Below are positions 9,505 to 19,555 of a stretch of 64,000 nt of DNA, piece after piece. The translations under genes were made by a program, and so were the position numbers. Source of the DNA: an uncultured Lachnospiraceae bacterium (GTDB lineage: Bacteria > Bacillota > Clostridia > Lachnospirales > Lachnospiraceae). Numbering within the stretch: position 1 is the stretch's first letter; every line of letters begins with the position of its first letter. Location of the stretch: positions 740 to 64,739 of the forward strand of contig CATOOV010000012.1 of the NCBI GenBank assembly GCA_951801955.1, written 5' to 3'. The notes below the pieces were generated by a model. It did no database searches. It saw only the letters and a program-made list of their open reading frames with translations, and was not told where the DNA came from.

Positions 9505-9658
9505 TTGAACTGCCCATTGTCAAAAGCCAATGGGCTTCATGCCCTTGGACACTTATCTACAATCTCCACTGGCATAACTTCGGGCTGTCCCTGCCCTATT
9601 CCAACACTCACTTTTGTGAGTGTTGGACGGGATCCACGTCAGCTTTCGCTCACATGAC
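9505..9658 (-). mobile_element. Putative non-autonomous IS200/IS605 remnant retaining a right-end/omega-RNA-like sequence, with no tnpA or tnpB
   Basis: The minus strand reads AGGGCAGGGACAGCCCGAAGTTATGCCAGTGGAG...GAAGCCCATTG-N8-CAATGGGCAGTTCAA, resembling the 3' ends of tnpB elements. A perfect 12-bp hairpin lies at 9600-9627. Confidence 0.55.
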
Positions 9659-9667
9659 CTAATATTT

Positions 9668-10513
9668 TTATGCGGTAAACTGCTTTTTCAAACTTTCATA
9701 AATCCTGTTTATCATCTGTAACGTCTCCGTATCTCCCGTCAAATTGTCTGGATGATAAATTTTAATTAATTCCTTGTAACGCTTCTTTAATTCCATTTCA
9801 TTTTCCACACCAGAGAAAAATATTTCCGCTCCGGAACAATGATAAGATGCCGTTCTTTCCTGGCGTCTGGTGCTTTTATGATAAGAATGCCTCCTTGCCG
9901 TTTCAAGGTCTTCTTTCTCTTTTGCCAATTTGCGCAGTTCCTCTTCTAAAATCTTCCATTTCATTTGAAACAGACGTGTTTCCTCTGCCAAACGTTTTTC
10001 TTCTAATTCCCTTTTGAGATAAAACTCTTGCCGTTCCTGTTCAAATTTACGCTTGTCATCTTCCATTTTCTGTCGAAAGATACGCCGCTCTTCTGCAAGG
10101 TCTTGCTGAAATTTAATTTTTTCCTCTGCAAGTTCCCTTTGAAACCTGCGTCTCTCCTCCGCAAGCTTTTGCTTTTCCTCCCACTGCTGTTTTGACTGAA
10201 AGCCCTCTGGCATGGCACTCTGCTGTAAATCATACTGTTGTTTCTCTGGGAAACCTTCTGATGTCAGCTTCTTCCCAAAGTCCCACTGCTGTTTCTCTTG
10301 AACCCCCTCTGGTGTCAGTTTCTTCCCAAAGTCCCACTGCTGTTTCTCTTGGAAACCCTCTGGTGTCAGTTTCTTCCCAAAGTCCCACTGCTGTTTCTTT
10401 TGGAAACCTTCTTGCCTTGGTTTTTGCCCAAAATCCCACTGCTGTTTCCCCTGAAAAATTTCCACCACTGGCTCTTGGGGCATTTTCCCCATCTGCCATT
10501 TCGGTTGACTCAT
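9668..10513 (-). CDS. Protein with N-terminal 17-aa repeats, a coiled coil and a C-terminal J-domain-like HPD module
   Basis: Repeats QQWDFGKKLTPEGFQEK; E/K/R-rich helix; ELKKRYKELIKIYHPDN...INRIYESL. Confidence 0.75.
   Translation of the reverse strand: MSQPKWQMGKMPQEPVVEIFQGKQQWDFGQKPRQEGFQKKQQWDFGKKLTPEGFQEKQQWDFGKKLTPEGVQEKQQWDFGKKLTSEGFPEKQQYDLQQSAMPEGFQSKQQWEEKQKLAEERRRFQRELAEEKIKFQQDLAEERRIFRQKMEDDKRKFEQERQEFYLKRELEEKRLAEETRLFQMKWKILEEELRKLAKEKEDLETARRHSYHKSTRRQERTASYHCSGAEIFFSGVENEMELKKRYKELIKIYHPDNLTGDTETLQMINRIYESLKKQFTA
10179..10450. repeat. 51-bp in-frame tandem repeat, about 5-6 degenerate copies
   Basis: TCCCACTGCTGTTTC recurs at 10281, 10332, 10383 and 10434, with more degenerate copies near 10179 and 10230. 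Confidence 0.9.
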
Positions 10514-10654
10514 TCCCCTTGCCTCCTTTGTACTCTAAAAAGAATCCCACTTGCGAGATTTACTGCTTGCGATGGGTACTGCAAGTCACATGGACATCTG
10601 TTTCACACCGACCGCAGCGAAGCGCAGAAACAGGCACGCAAATTTCTGAATGGA

Positions 10655-10877
10655 ACAAAAGTGCGTTTCACGCACCCCCACGGTCAACTTCTTTTGCTCA
10701 CGCATCTTTTGTTCCGCGCCGCGCACAGTCACGAAGTGAGTTTTTCCACTTGTGCGCGTGCGCATATTTATTTTCTCATATAGGAAATTCGGAAGAATTT
10801 CCTATATGAGGACAAAAGTGCGTTTCACGCACCCCCACGGCCAACTTCTTTTGCTCACGCATCTTTTGTTCCGCGCC
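10655..10877 (+). repeat. Dispersed repeat family A: two 66-bp direct copies flanking a perfect 15-bp palindrome
   Basis: 10655-10720 and 10812-10877 differ at one base. TCATATAGGAAATTC-GGAA-GAATTTCCTATATGA lies at 10776-10809. Confidence 0.9.
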
Positions 10878-11062
10878 ACTGTCAAAACACGGATCCTATT
10901 TTGAATTTCTTTCCTCCAAAGTGGGCTTACCCTGTATTCCATCGAAGGCATCCGACTTACAGAGATATTCTCATTGGTCCTTGATCTAAAAAACGTATTT
11001 CTTCCATTCTACAATATTATACAGAAAATAGCAATCTAACATTACGCGATAGGAATGCCTGC

Positions 11063-13522
11063 TTAACGGAATTTCAATGATTTTGAATTGCTATATGCTC
11101 CATAAATCTTTGTCCCACTTACTGTTCGATAAGTGCGCAGCCGGAAACTATAAGTTTTTCCCTTTTTTAACCCTGTCTTGGTATAAGTTACAGTCTTTCC
11201 ATTGGTGATCGTCTTAACTTTCTTATATCCAGCCTTTCCAGTTTTCATAAATACCTCATAGCCGCTGGCGCCAGTAACTTTTTTCCAGGTCAATTTTGCT
11301 TTACTGGTCCCACTCTTTTTTACCTTGCTTAATTTTGCAGCAACAGGAACCGTCGCTGTTTTCACACTGCACTCCTTAGCCGCATAAATTTTCTTTCCAT
11401 TGACAACCCGGTAAGGCTTAACTTTTAGTATATAGTCTGTTGCCGATTTCAAATTCTTATAAGTATAGGTATTTTTACTGGTATATTTGGTAGAAACCTT
11501 CTTGCTTCCCTTATAAAATACCAAGCGGTAACTGACCTTAGACGCTTTTTTCCATGTAAATGTCAAAGAATCAACCGTCTTCTTCTTAACTTTTAAACCA
11601 GACACCTTTTCAGGCTTCTGGGGCTGCAACATAGGAATGTCTTCTGTATAAGTATTTCCGCATATATTACAGGTATACGCTTTTAGCCCTTTCTGTGTCT
11701 CTGTAGCTTCCTTTGTTACCCTGGAAGTGTATTGATGTCCAGGGCAGCTTACGGCAACTTCCACTTCAAGATCCGAAACTTCCTTATAATTTGCAACATC
11801 CTCTGGAACATACTTTACTATCCATTGAAATGTTCCCTCTTCTTTCAGCTTGGTGGAAGGATCTGTCTGCCAGGAAAACCCTTTCGGCAGCGCTACATCT
11901 TTCAAGGTGGCGCCGCTCTTCCCCTTTAACCCTGTGGGAACCGTATATTGGGGAACTGCTTTCTCTATTTCCAATTGGGTATTTCCATAGAAAATTTCAT
12001 ATCCCAACCTCTCTACTTTATACAATACCTCATATACTCCGGCATTGACCATTTCTGGCTGTTGTGCCGAATAAATTCCATCTGCCCCCGCATACTGGAC
12101 AAAATCTCCGGCTTGAAGTCCGTTGACTGTTATTTGTTTTGCTGTCCCATCATAGACAGTCTTCACTGCTTCTGCAGATACATCTTTGATTTCCTGCGGT
12201 TTCAGCTCTGGCAATCCGTATGTGAGAACTAATTGTTTACTGCTTAAATTCGGTGTTTGCTGAAGCGCATAGCACAACTGTTCCCCACGCACGGTAAAGC
12301 CAAAAATCAATTCCCCGGAGGGAATCGTAGGTTTATATACTTCTGTAATCGTTCCATCCACATCCAGCCTTTGAATTGTGGTTGTGGTATTGAAATAAAT
12401 CCGGTTATAAACCTTGGACAGATACATAAAACTATTAGTATAATAATTCCAGGTAGCAGGCTCCGTATATACCTTTTCTTCCGTTCCATCCAAAAGCCCT
12501 GTTCTTTTTACCAGATCTGTCTGGCGGGTGTCTTTATGATAGAAAGAATAATACCAGTCCCCTTGAAGATAATAGATGGATGAATTGATATCCGCCCAAA
12601 ATTGTGCATCATAAAGGATGGAATCTGCCGTACGTGTCGTCACCCAGCCATTGTGGTCGTGGGCAGCGTCTGAAATGGCTGAATCACTAAGCAGGAAGTA
12701 TTTGTGGGCAACCCTCCCAATGCTGTCCCAGGTTGGATCGTCCCAGGTGGCGTCTACATGGTACCACTCACCGCCGATCTGTATCATATTCCAGGCATGG
12801 TTCATCTCATCACTGCTCACCAGTTCGCAGGAAATCCCCAGCCTGTTTTTCATAAGATACAAGTATGCCTTTCCATAACCATCGCAAACCGCCATGTTTT
12901 CAACCAGGGCGCCGTATGCTGTATGGGAAACTGCAGGCACATTGTTATTTAAAAGGTTTTCATAATCGTACTCACAACTCTGCACCAGGTAATCATGGAC
13001 CACCAATGCCTTCTCCACATCGCTCATGGAAGAATCCACCTGGGCCACCGCTTTGTCCGCTGCCTTGTGAAATGCTTGTTTCTTTGGCAGAACCTCTTCG
13101 GGCGTATCAGTATAAGTAATCTTGAAAGACATTACCCTATTTGTACTAGAATTATAAGAATAACTTATTTTGCCTTGTACATAGAATAATTGGGGATTAT
13201 TATTTAAAATCTGAAAAAAAACAGTCCCTGCCTCATCCACTGGAATCTGATATGACGAGATATCAATTTGTGTTTCAAATTGTTCCAATGCTTTTACTAC
13301 ATATTCCTCTAGTGTCTGTTCTGAAGCTTTCGCACCATATGACCTTGCTTTTGCCACTGGATAACGCTCCTCTGGCTTTTGATAATACTCGCCACGATAA
13401 CGGTTCCCTTCTGTCAAAGTAACGCTCTCTGTCTGGATATCCGCTGCTGTGGCCTGTACTTGGACTGCGCCCACAAACAAAAACAACATCATCAAAAACG
13501 GCACTACATATTTTTTTCTCAT
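11063..13522 (-). CDS. Secreted transglutaminase-like (Cys-His-Asp) protein with C-terminal fibronectin type III domains
   Basis: Signal peptide; AVCDGY, HAWNMIQ and HVDATWDD; Lys-rich FN3-type repeats (LTWKKVTGASGYEVF). Confidence 0.8.
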   Translation of the reverse strand: MRKKYVVPFLMMLFLFVGAVQVQATAADIQTESVTLTEGNRYRGEYYQKPEERYPVAKARSYGAKASEQTLEEYVVKALEQFETQIDISSYQIPVDEAGTVFFQILNNNPQLFYVQGKISYSYNSSTNRVMSFKITYTDTPEEVLPKKQAFHKAADKAVAQVDSSMSDVEKALVVHDYLVQSCEYDYENLLNNNVPAVSHTAYGALVENMAVCDGYGKAYLYLMKNRLGISCELVSSDEMNHAWNMIQIGGEWYHVDATWDDPTWDSIGRVAHKYFLLSDSAISDAAHDHNGWVTTRTADSILYDAQFWADINSSIYYLQGDWYYSFYHKDTRQTDLVKRTGLLDGTEEKVYTEPATWNYYTNSFMYLSKVYNRIYFNTTTTIQRLDVDGTITEVYKPTIPSGELIFGFTVRGEQLCYALQQTPNLSSKQLVLTYGLPELKPQEIKDVSAEAVKTVYDGTAKQITVNGLQAGDFVQYAGADGIYSAQQPEMVNAGVYEVLYKVERLGYEIFYGNTQLEIEKAVPQYTVPTGLKGKSGATLKDVALPKGFSWQTDPSTKLKEEGTFQWIVKYVPEDVANYKEVSDLEVEVAVSCPGHQYTSRVTKEATETQKGLKAYTCNICGNTYTEDIPMLQPQKPEKVSGLKVKKKTVDSLTFTWKKASKVSYRLVFYKGSKKVSTKYTSKNTYTYKNLKSATDYILKVKPYRVVNGKKIYAAKECSVKTATVPVAAKLSKVKKSGTSKAKLTWKKVTGASGYEVFMKTGKAGYKKVKTITNGKTVTYTKTGLKKGKTYSFRLRTYRTVSGTKIYGAYSNSKSLKFR

Positions 13523-13744
13523 AAATTTTCCTCCTAACCGCCATGCCTACACAAATCCAGCTATATTACTTTTTCCAATTTTTGTATTTCTATCTATTAT
13601 ATAATATGAAACCTGGATTTACAAGAAAAAATCTCGCAAAGTGGGATTTTCCGCCCGAGGCGGACCAATTAAGCGATATACTTCCCCCCGCAGTACCCTT
13701 GCTTCGCTGGGGCAGGTCCTGCGATCCTGCCTGGAGGGCTTTGG

Positions 13745-13835
13745 TCATATAGGAAATTTGGAGGAATTTCCTATATGGATTCAGGTGTCAAAAGGTGGTC
13801 TTAGAAAAGGATGTTGACACCTGAATCCTATATGA
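13745..13835. repeat. Composite palindromic element bounded by TCATATAGGA...TCCTATATGA (repeat family B)
   Basis: Palindrome CATATAGGAAATT-N6-AATTTCCTATATG, then a 15-bp inverted repeat GGATTCAGGTGTCAA (13777) / TTGACACCTGAATCC (13814). Confidence 0.85.
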
Positions 13836-13842
13836 TAAGAAA

Positions 13843-13883
13843 AAGCTGGAAACTGTGATTATTTCTTTCACAGTTTCCAGCTT
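13843..13883 (-). terminator. Intrinsic terminator after dnaJ
   Basis: Stem AAGCTGGAAACTGTGA / TCACAGTTTCCAGCTT followed by a T tract on the minus strand. Confidence 0.8.
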
Positions 13884-13884
13884 G

Positions 13885-15084
13885 TTATCCATTTGTATCT
13901 GTGATATCCTCAAGGGTTTCCTTGATTTTATCCATAAATCCTTTTTTCTTTGTATGTTTCTCTGCACTTGCCGTGCCGTTCTGTTTCTTTAAGGATTGCC
14001 CGCTTGCCTCGTCAAACTTCCGCAGCGCTTCTTTTGCCTCCTCATTTAAGCTGGTGGGCACCTGGACTACAAGGGTCACATAGTGATCTCCTCGGACAGA
14101 GGAATTACGCAGGGAAGGAATTCCCTTATTCTTAAGGCGTATTCTGGTGTCAGTCTGGGTACCTGGCTTTACATCGTATAGAATATCCCCATCAATGGTA
14201 CTGATGCGCACCTCGCCGCCCAATGCTGCCTGTGCAAAAGAAATAGGAGCGGTGGAATAAATATTCATGTCCTGGCGCTGGAAAATTGGATGTCTGCTGA
14301 CATTAACCTCTACCAACAAGTCGCCTCTTGGTCCTCCGTTGCTGCCTGGTTCCCCTTTTTCCCGGATGCGGACGCTCTGTCCATTGTCAATCCCCGCCGG
14401 AATAGACACTTTGATTTTGCGCCTCTTGGAAATATAGCCGGTCCCGCGGCAGTCTGGGCATTTTTCCTTTATAATCTTTCCAGTTCCATGGCATTCAGGA
14501 CAAGTCTGGACATTTTGGACCACGCCAAGGAACGACTGCTGTGTATAGACCACTTTTCCTTTCCCGCCGCACTTGTTGCAAGTCTCTGGGCTGGTTCCTG
14601 GCTTCGCCCCTGTGGTATGGCAAGTAGTACACTCATCCTTCAAGGTAATTTCAATTTCTTTTTCGCAGCCAAACGCCGCCTCCTCGAAGGAAATACGCAC
14701 AGCGGCACGCAGGTTCGCGCCTTTCATGGGACCATTGCTTGCCGAGGAACGTCTTCTTCCCCCGCCAAACAAATCTCCAAAAATATCTCCAAAGATATCT
14801 CCCATATCCATTCCAGAGAAATCAAAACCGCCGGCTCCGCCGCCCATACCGCCGTCAAAGGCGGCATGGCCGAACTGGTCATATTGGCGTTTTTTATCTG
14901 GATCGCTTAAGACCGCATAAGCCTCAGACGCTTCTTTAAATTTTTTCTCTGCTTCTGCGTCCCCAGGGTTCATATCAGGATGATATTTCTTTGCAAGTTT
15001 CCGGTATGCCTTTTTAATTGTGGCATCATCGGCGCTTTTGTCTACCCCCAGGACTTCATAATAATCTCTCTTCTGTTCTGCCAT
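13885..15084 (-). CDS. dnaJ: Chaperone DnaJ
   Basis: J domain with HPD, a G/F-rich region and four CxxCxxxG zinc-finger repeats. Confidence 0.98.
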   Translation of the reverse strand: MAEQKRDYYEVLGVDKSADDATIKKAYRKLAKKYHPDMNPGDAEAEKKFKEASEAYAVLSDPDKKRQYDQFGHAAFDGGMGGGAGGFDFSGMDMGDIFGDIFGDLFGGGRRRSSASNGPMKGANLRAAVRISFEEAAFGCEKEIEITLKDECTTCHTTGAKPGTSPETCNKCGGKGKVVYTQQSFLGVVQNVQTCPECHGTGKIIKEKCPDCRGTGYISKRRKIKVSIPAGIDNGQSVRIREKGEPGSNGGPRGDLLVEVNVSRHPIFQRQDMNIYSTAPISFAQAALGGEVRISTIDGDILYDVKPGTQTDTRIRLKNKGIPSLRNSSVRGDHYVTLVVQVPTSLNEEAKEALRKFDEASGQSLKKQNGTASAEKHTKKKGFMDKIKETLEDITDTNG

Positions 15085-15086
15085 GA

Positions 15087-16982
<1,896 letters not shown>

Positions 16983-17018
16983 TTATCTAATAAATTTGTT
17001 ATTAAGTATCAAATGTCC

Positions 17019-17699
17019 TTATTGTACCACGGCAACCATGCTGTGCCGAACCACACTGTCACGGTACATATAGCCTTTTTGCATCTCCTGTGCCACTATG
17101 CCGGATTCAAATTCTTCACTTTCCACCTGCATCACTGCATTGTGAAAATCTGGGTTGAATTCTTTTCCCACTGCCTCAATCGGCTTTACCTCCAGGCTTT
17201 CTAACTCTGTCATTAACTGTTTATATATTTTATCCATTCCCTGTACAAAAGGATCTTCCTTTGCATCTTCAGGAACAGCGGATAAACCTCTCTCAAAATT
17301 GTCTACCACAGGAAGAATTTTCTCAATGACGCTTTTGGCTCCCACTTCAAACATCTGGGCCTTTTCTTTCTCCGTCCGTTTGCGGAAATTATCAAACTCT
17401 GCCATCTGCCGCTGTACCCGGTCTGTCAGTTCTGCAATCTTCTCTTCCTGTTTATTCTTTTTCTCTTTCTTTTTGAAAAATCCCTTTTTGCCAGTGTCTG
17501 CTGCCTCGTCTGCCGACAATCCTTCCGATTCCTCTTCTTCTGCAGCAGCTTCCTCTGCTTTACAGTTATCTTCATTCACGTCTTCTGAATCTTCTTTGTC
17601 CATTTCTAACTCTTCCCCCTGGCTTACATCCCCTGCCTGGGTTTCCCCCTGCTGTACCTCTTTTTCTAAATCTATCTCTTTATTCTCTGTATTCGCCAT
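17019..17699 (-). CDS. grpE: Nucleotide exchange factor GrpE
   Basis: Motifs AEFDNFRKR, LPVVDNFER and FNPDFHNAV; operon position. Confidence 0.97.
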   Translation of the reverse strand: MANTENKEIDLEKEVQQGETQAGDVSQGEELEMDKEDSEDVNEDNCKAEEAAAEEEESEGLSADEAADTGKKGFFKKKEKKNKQEEKIAELTDRVQRQMAEFDNFRKRTEKEKAQMFEVGAKSVIEKILPVVDNFERGLSAVPEDAKEDPFVQGMDKIYKQLMTELESLEVKPIEAVGKEFNPDFHNAVMQVESEEFESGIVAQEMQKGYMYRDSVVRHSMVAVVQ

Positions 17700-17722
17700 A
17701 TCAACTCACCTTTCTGTTCTTC

Positions 17723-18763
17723 CTATTGCTCTTTATTCTTATGAAACACAGCGTCCAACTGACTTTTTAAAGTTTTCAGATTATCCATGACATTCTCGTA
17801 ATCCATACGTTTTGGTCCTATGATCCCGATCGTTCCCTGCATCCCCTCTCCCAACTGATAGGTTGCCGTCACCAAGCTGCAGTCCTTCATATTCTGTATT
17901 GGCGATTCATCGCCAATATATACTTGAATCCCTGTCTGTTCCTGGGAGGCAAGGGTTTCATTTACCAATGTAACCAACTGTTTCTTTTCTTCAAAGGCAT
18001 TGAGCAGCTCGCTTGCTTTTTGGGAATCATTTAATTCAGGATATTTCAATATATTTGTAGTGCCGCTGGTATAGACTTCCAGTTCCTCATCCTCCTGGAA
18101 AACTCCAGCAAGCGCATCCAATACATCGCTTACAATATTGCTGTGGATTCCTGCCTGTTCTTTTAACCTGGCAATCGTCCCAAGATTAATCTCTTCTGCT
18201 GACAGCCCATTTAAACTGGTATTCAATAAAATATTCAACTTTAGCAATGTCTCATTATCTAAGGCTTCCCTGGTTGAAATCATCTTATTCTTGACCAGGT
18301 TTCCTTCTGTCACAATAACGGCAAGGAGCTGTTTGTCATCCACCTGGGAAAGCTGTAAAAATTTCACCTTATTGCGGTGATAAGAAGGAGCTGTAATCAT
18401 AGCGGTGTAATTGGTATTTGCAGCAAGAACTTTCGCCATCTGCTTTAACACCTGCTCCATCCGCTCTGTGTGCTCTATCATAAACTCCTTCATCTCTGTA
18501 ACTTCTTGATTTTTTTCCTTCATCAGATTATCTACATAAAAACGATATCCCTTGTCAGAAGGAATCCTGCCTGCCGAAGTATGGGGCTGTAAAATATATC
18601 CAAGTTCCTCTAAATCTGACATTTCATTACGGATCGTTGCCGAACTCAAATTTAAATCTGAATATTTTGAAATTGTTCTAGAACCTACAGGCTCGCCTGT
18701 ATCCAGATAATTACGGATAATCGCATTTAATATCTTTGTTTTCCGTTCATCCAGTTCCTGCAT
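17723..18763 (-). CDS. hrcA: Heat-inducible repressor HrcA
   Basis: Motifs EPVGSRT, SSATIRNEM, PHTSAGRIP and IIGPKRMDY. Start placed at the ATG at 18763 after GGAGG. Confidence 0.97.
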   Translation of the reverse strand: MQELDERKTKILNAIIRNYLDTGEPVGSRTISKYSDLNLSSATIRNEMSDLEELGYILQPHTSAGRIPSDKGYRFYVDNLMKEKNQEVTEMKEFMIEHTERMEQVLKQMAKVLAANTNYTAMITAPSYHRNKVKFLQLSQVDDKQLLAVIVTEGNLVKNKMISTREALDNETLLKLNILLNTSLNGLSAEEINLGTIARLKEQAGIHSNIVSDVLDALAGVFQEDEELEVYTSGTTNILKYPELNDSQKASELLNAFEEKKQLVTLVNETLASQEQTGIQVYIGDESPIQNMKDCSLVTATYQLGEGMQGTIGIIGPKRMDYENVMDNLKTLKSQLDAVFHKNKEQ

Positions 18764-18827
18764 TACAATCCTCCGTTTCCGCTGCTCGAGCGCCATCCCC
18801 AAAACACCGGCGGCGTTTTGAATTTTG

Positions 18828-18854
18828 TTAGCACTCAATCCCAAGGAGTGCTAA
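18828..18854. promoter_or_regulatory. CIRCE operator
   Basis: Perfect TTAGCACTC-N9-GAGTGCTAA upstream of hrcA. Confidence 0.97.
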
Positions 18855-18867
18855 CATCCATGTACTT

Positions 18868-18896
18868 AAGATAGCACTATCATTTTTTATTGTCAA
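18868..18896 (-). promoter_or_regulatory. SigA promoter of the hrcA-grpE-dnaK-dnaJ operon
   Basis: TTGACA-17 bp-TATCTT with a TG extension, just upstream of CIRCE. Confidence 0.75.
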
Positions 18897-19044
18897 TAGT
18901 ATTTTGCAATTTTATAATTTCTTTAGAAATATTGGAAGGGATTTCGTTCCCACACTGAGCACGGACGCTTTCGCAACATTTTCCTCATATTAGAAAAGAC
19001 AATACAGCCCTAATAAACTGTATTGCCTTTAGACATCCATATAC

Positions 19045-19233
19045 TCACATTTTCTGTTTCCCAAACATTTCTAAATATTCTTGTGCCTTGCTCAATGGGA
19101 TATCCACTTTCTTTTGCAGCCTCTTTCAAATGGTGACCTCAGATAATCCAAACTCAAGCCCTGTTTCTAAATCTCTTCTGACTTTCCTTCTGCCCTTCCT
19201 TCTATATTTGATTTCTTCAAATATTGTCCACAT
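19045..19233 (-). pseudogene. Decayed C-terminal fragment of an Rpn/PD-(D/E)XK transposase-like protein (RpnS-like)
   Basis: RBS AAAGGAGA then MWTIFEEIK...ETGLEFGLSEVTI*KRLQKKVDIPLSKAQEYLEMFGKQKM, with an in-frame TGA at 19126-19128. An alternative frame gives EGRAEGKSEEI. Confidence 0.6.
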
Positions 19234-19415
19234 ATCCGATTCTCCTTTCACCTCCCTATCCTGTAAATGGTAGTCCAGCCTGCAGTTTGCCGCCCCTGCC
19301 ACTGTCATCACCACGGATTTCTCAACTTATGTTCCCTCGCATAATCCACTGCCTGGTTCTTGGTTTCTTCTAGTGTCCCCTCTTTGGACAATAAGATGCC
19401 AAACAAATAGGAAAA

Positions 19416-19450
19416 ATCCCGCAACCCTTGATATTTCAGGTTGCGGGATT
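19416..19450. terminator. Strong hairpin downstream of the GH43 cluster, probable terminator
   Basis: AATCCCGCAACC-N12-GGTTGCGGGATT with an A tract on its left, i.e. a T tract on the minus strand. Confidence 0.6.
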
Positions 19451-19555
19451 CTCTATCATCACAAACATCCAGTGATACAAGTCAAATATCCATGGAAACA
19501 TGGCTATTTTCCTAAGTGCCCTTTGGGTACATTGCTCACAGGAATAAAACATTTC

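Noticed and set aside
10179-10877. Possible CRISPR array
   Set aside because: The 51-bp units are contiguous in-frame coding repeats without unique spacers, the 66-bp repeat has only two adjacent copies, and no cas genes are present.
18764-18844. Extended hrcA N-terminus from the ORF track
   Set aside because: It would start inside CIRCE; the ATG at 18763 has a good RBS and gives a typical HrcA start.
19126-19128. Selenocysteine or programmed readthrough at the in-frame TGA
   Set aside because: The context suggests a mutated Leu codon, and apparent frameshifts nearby indicate ordinary decay.
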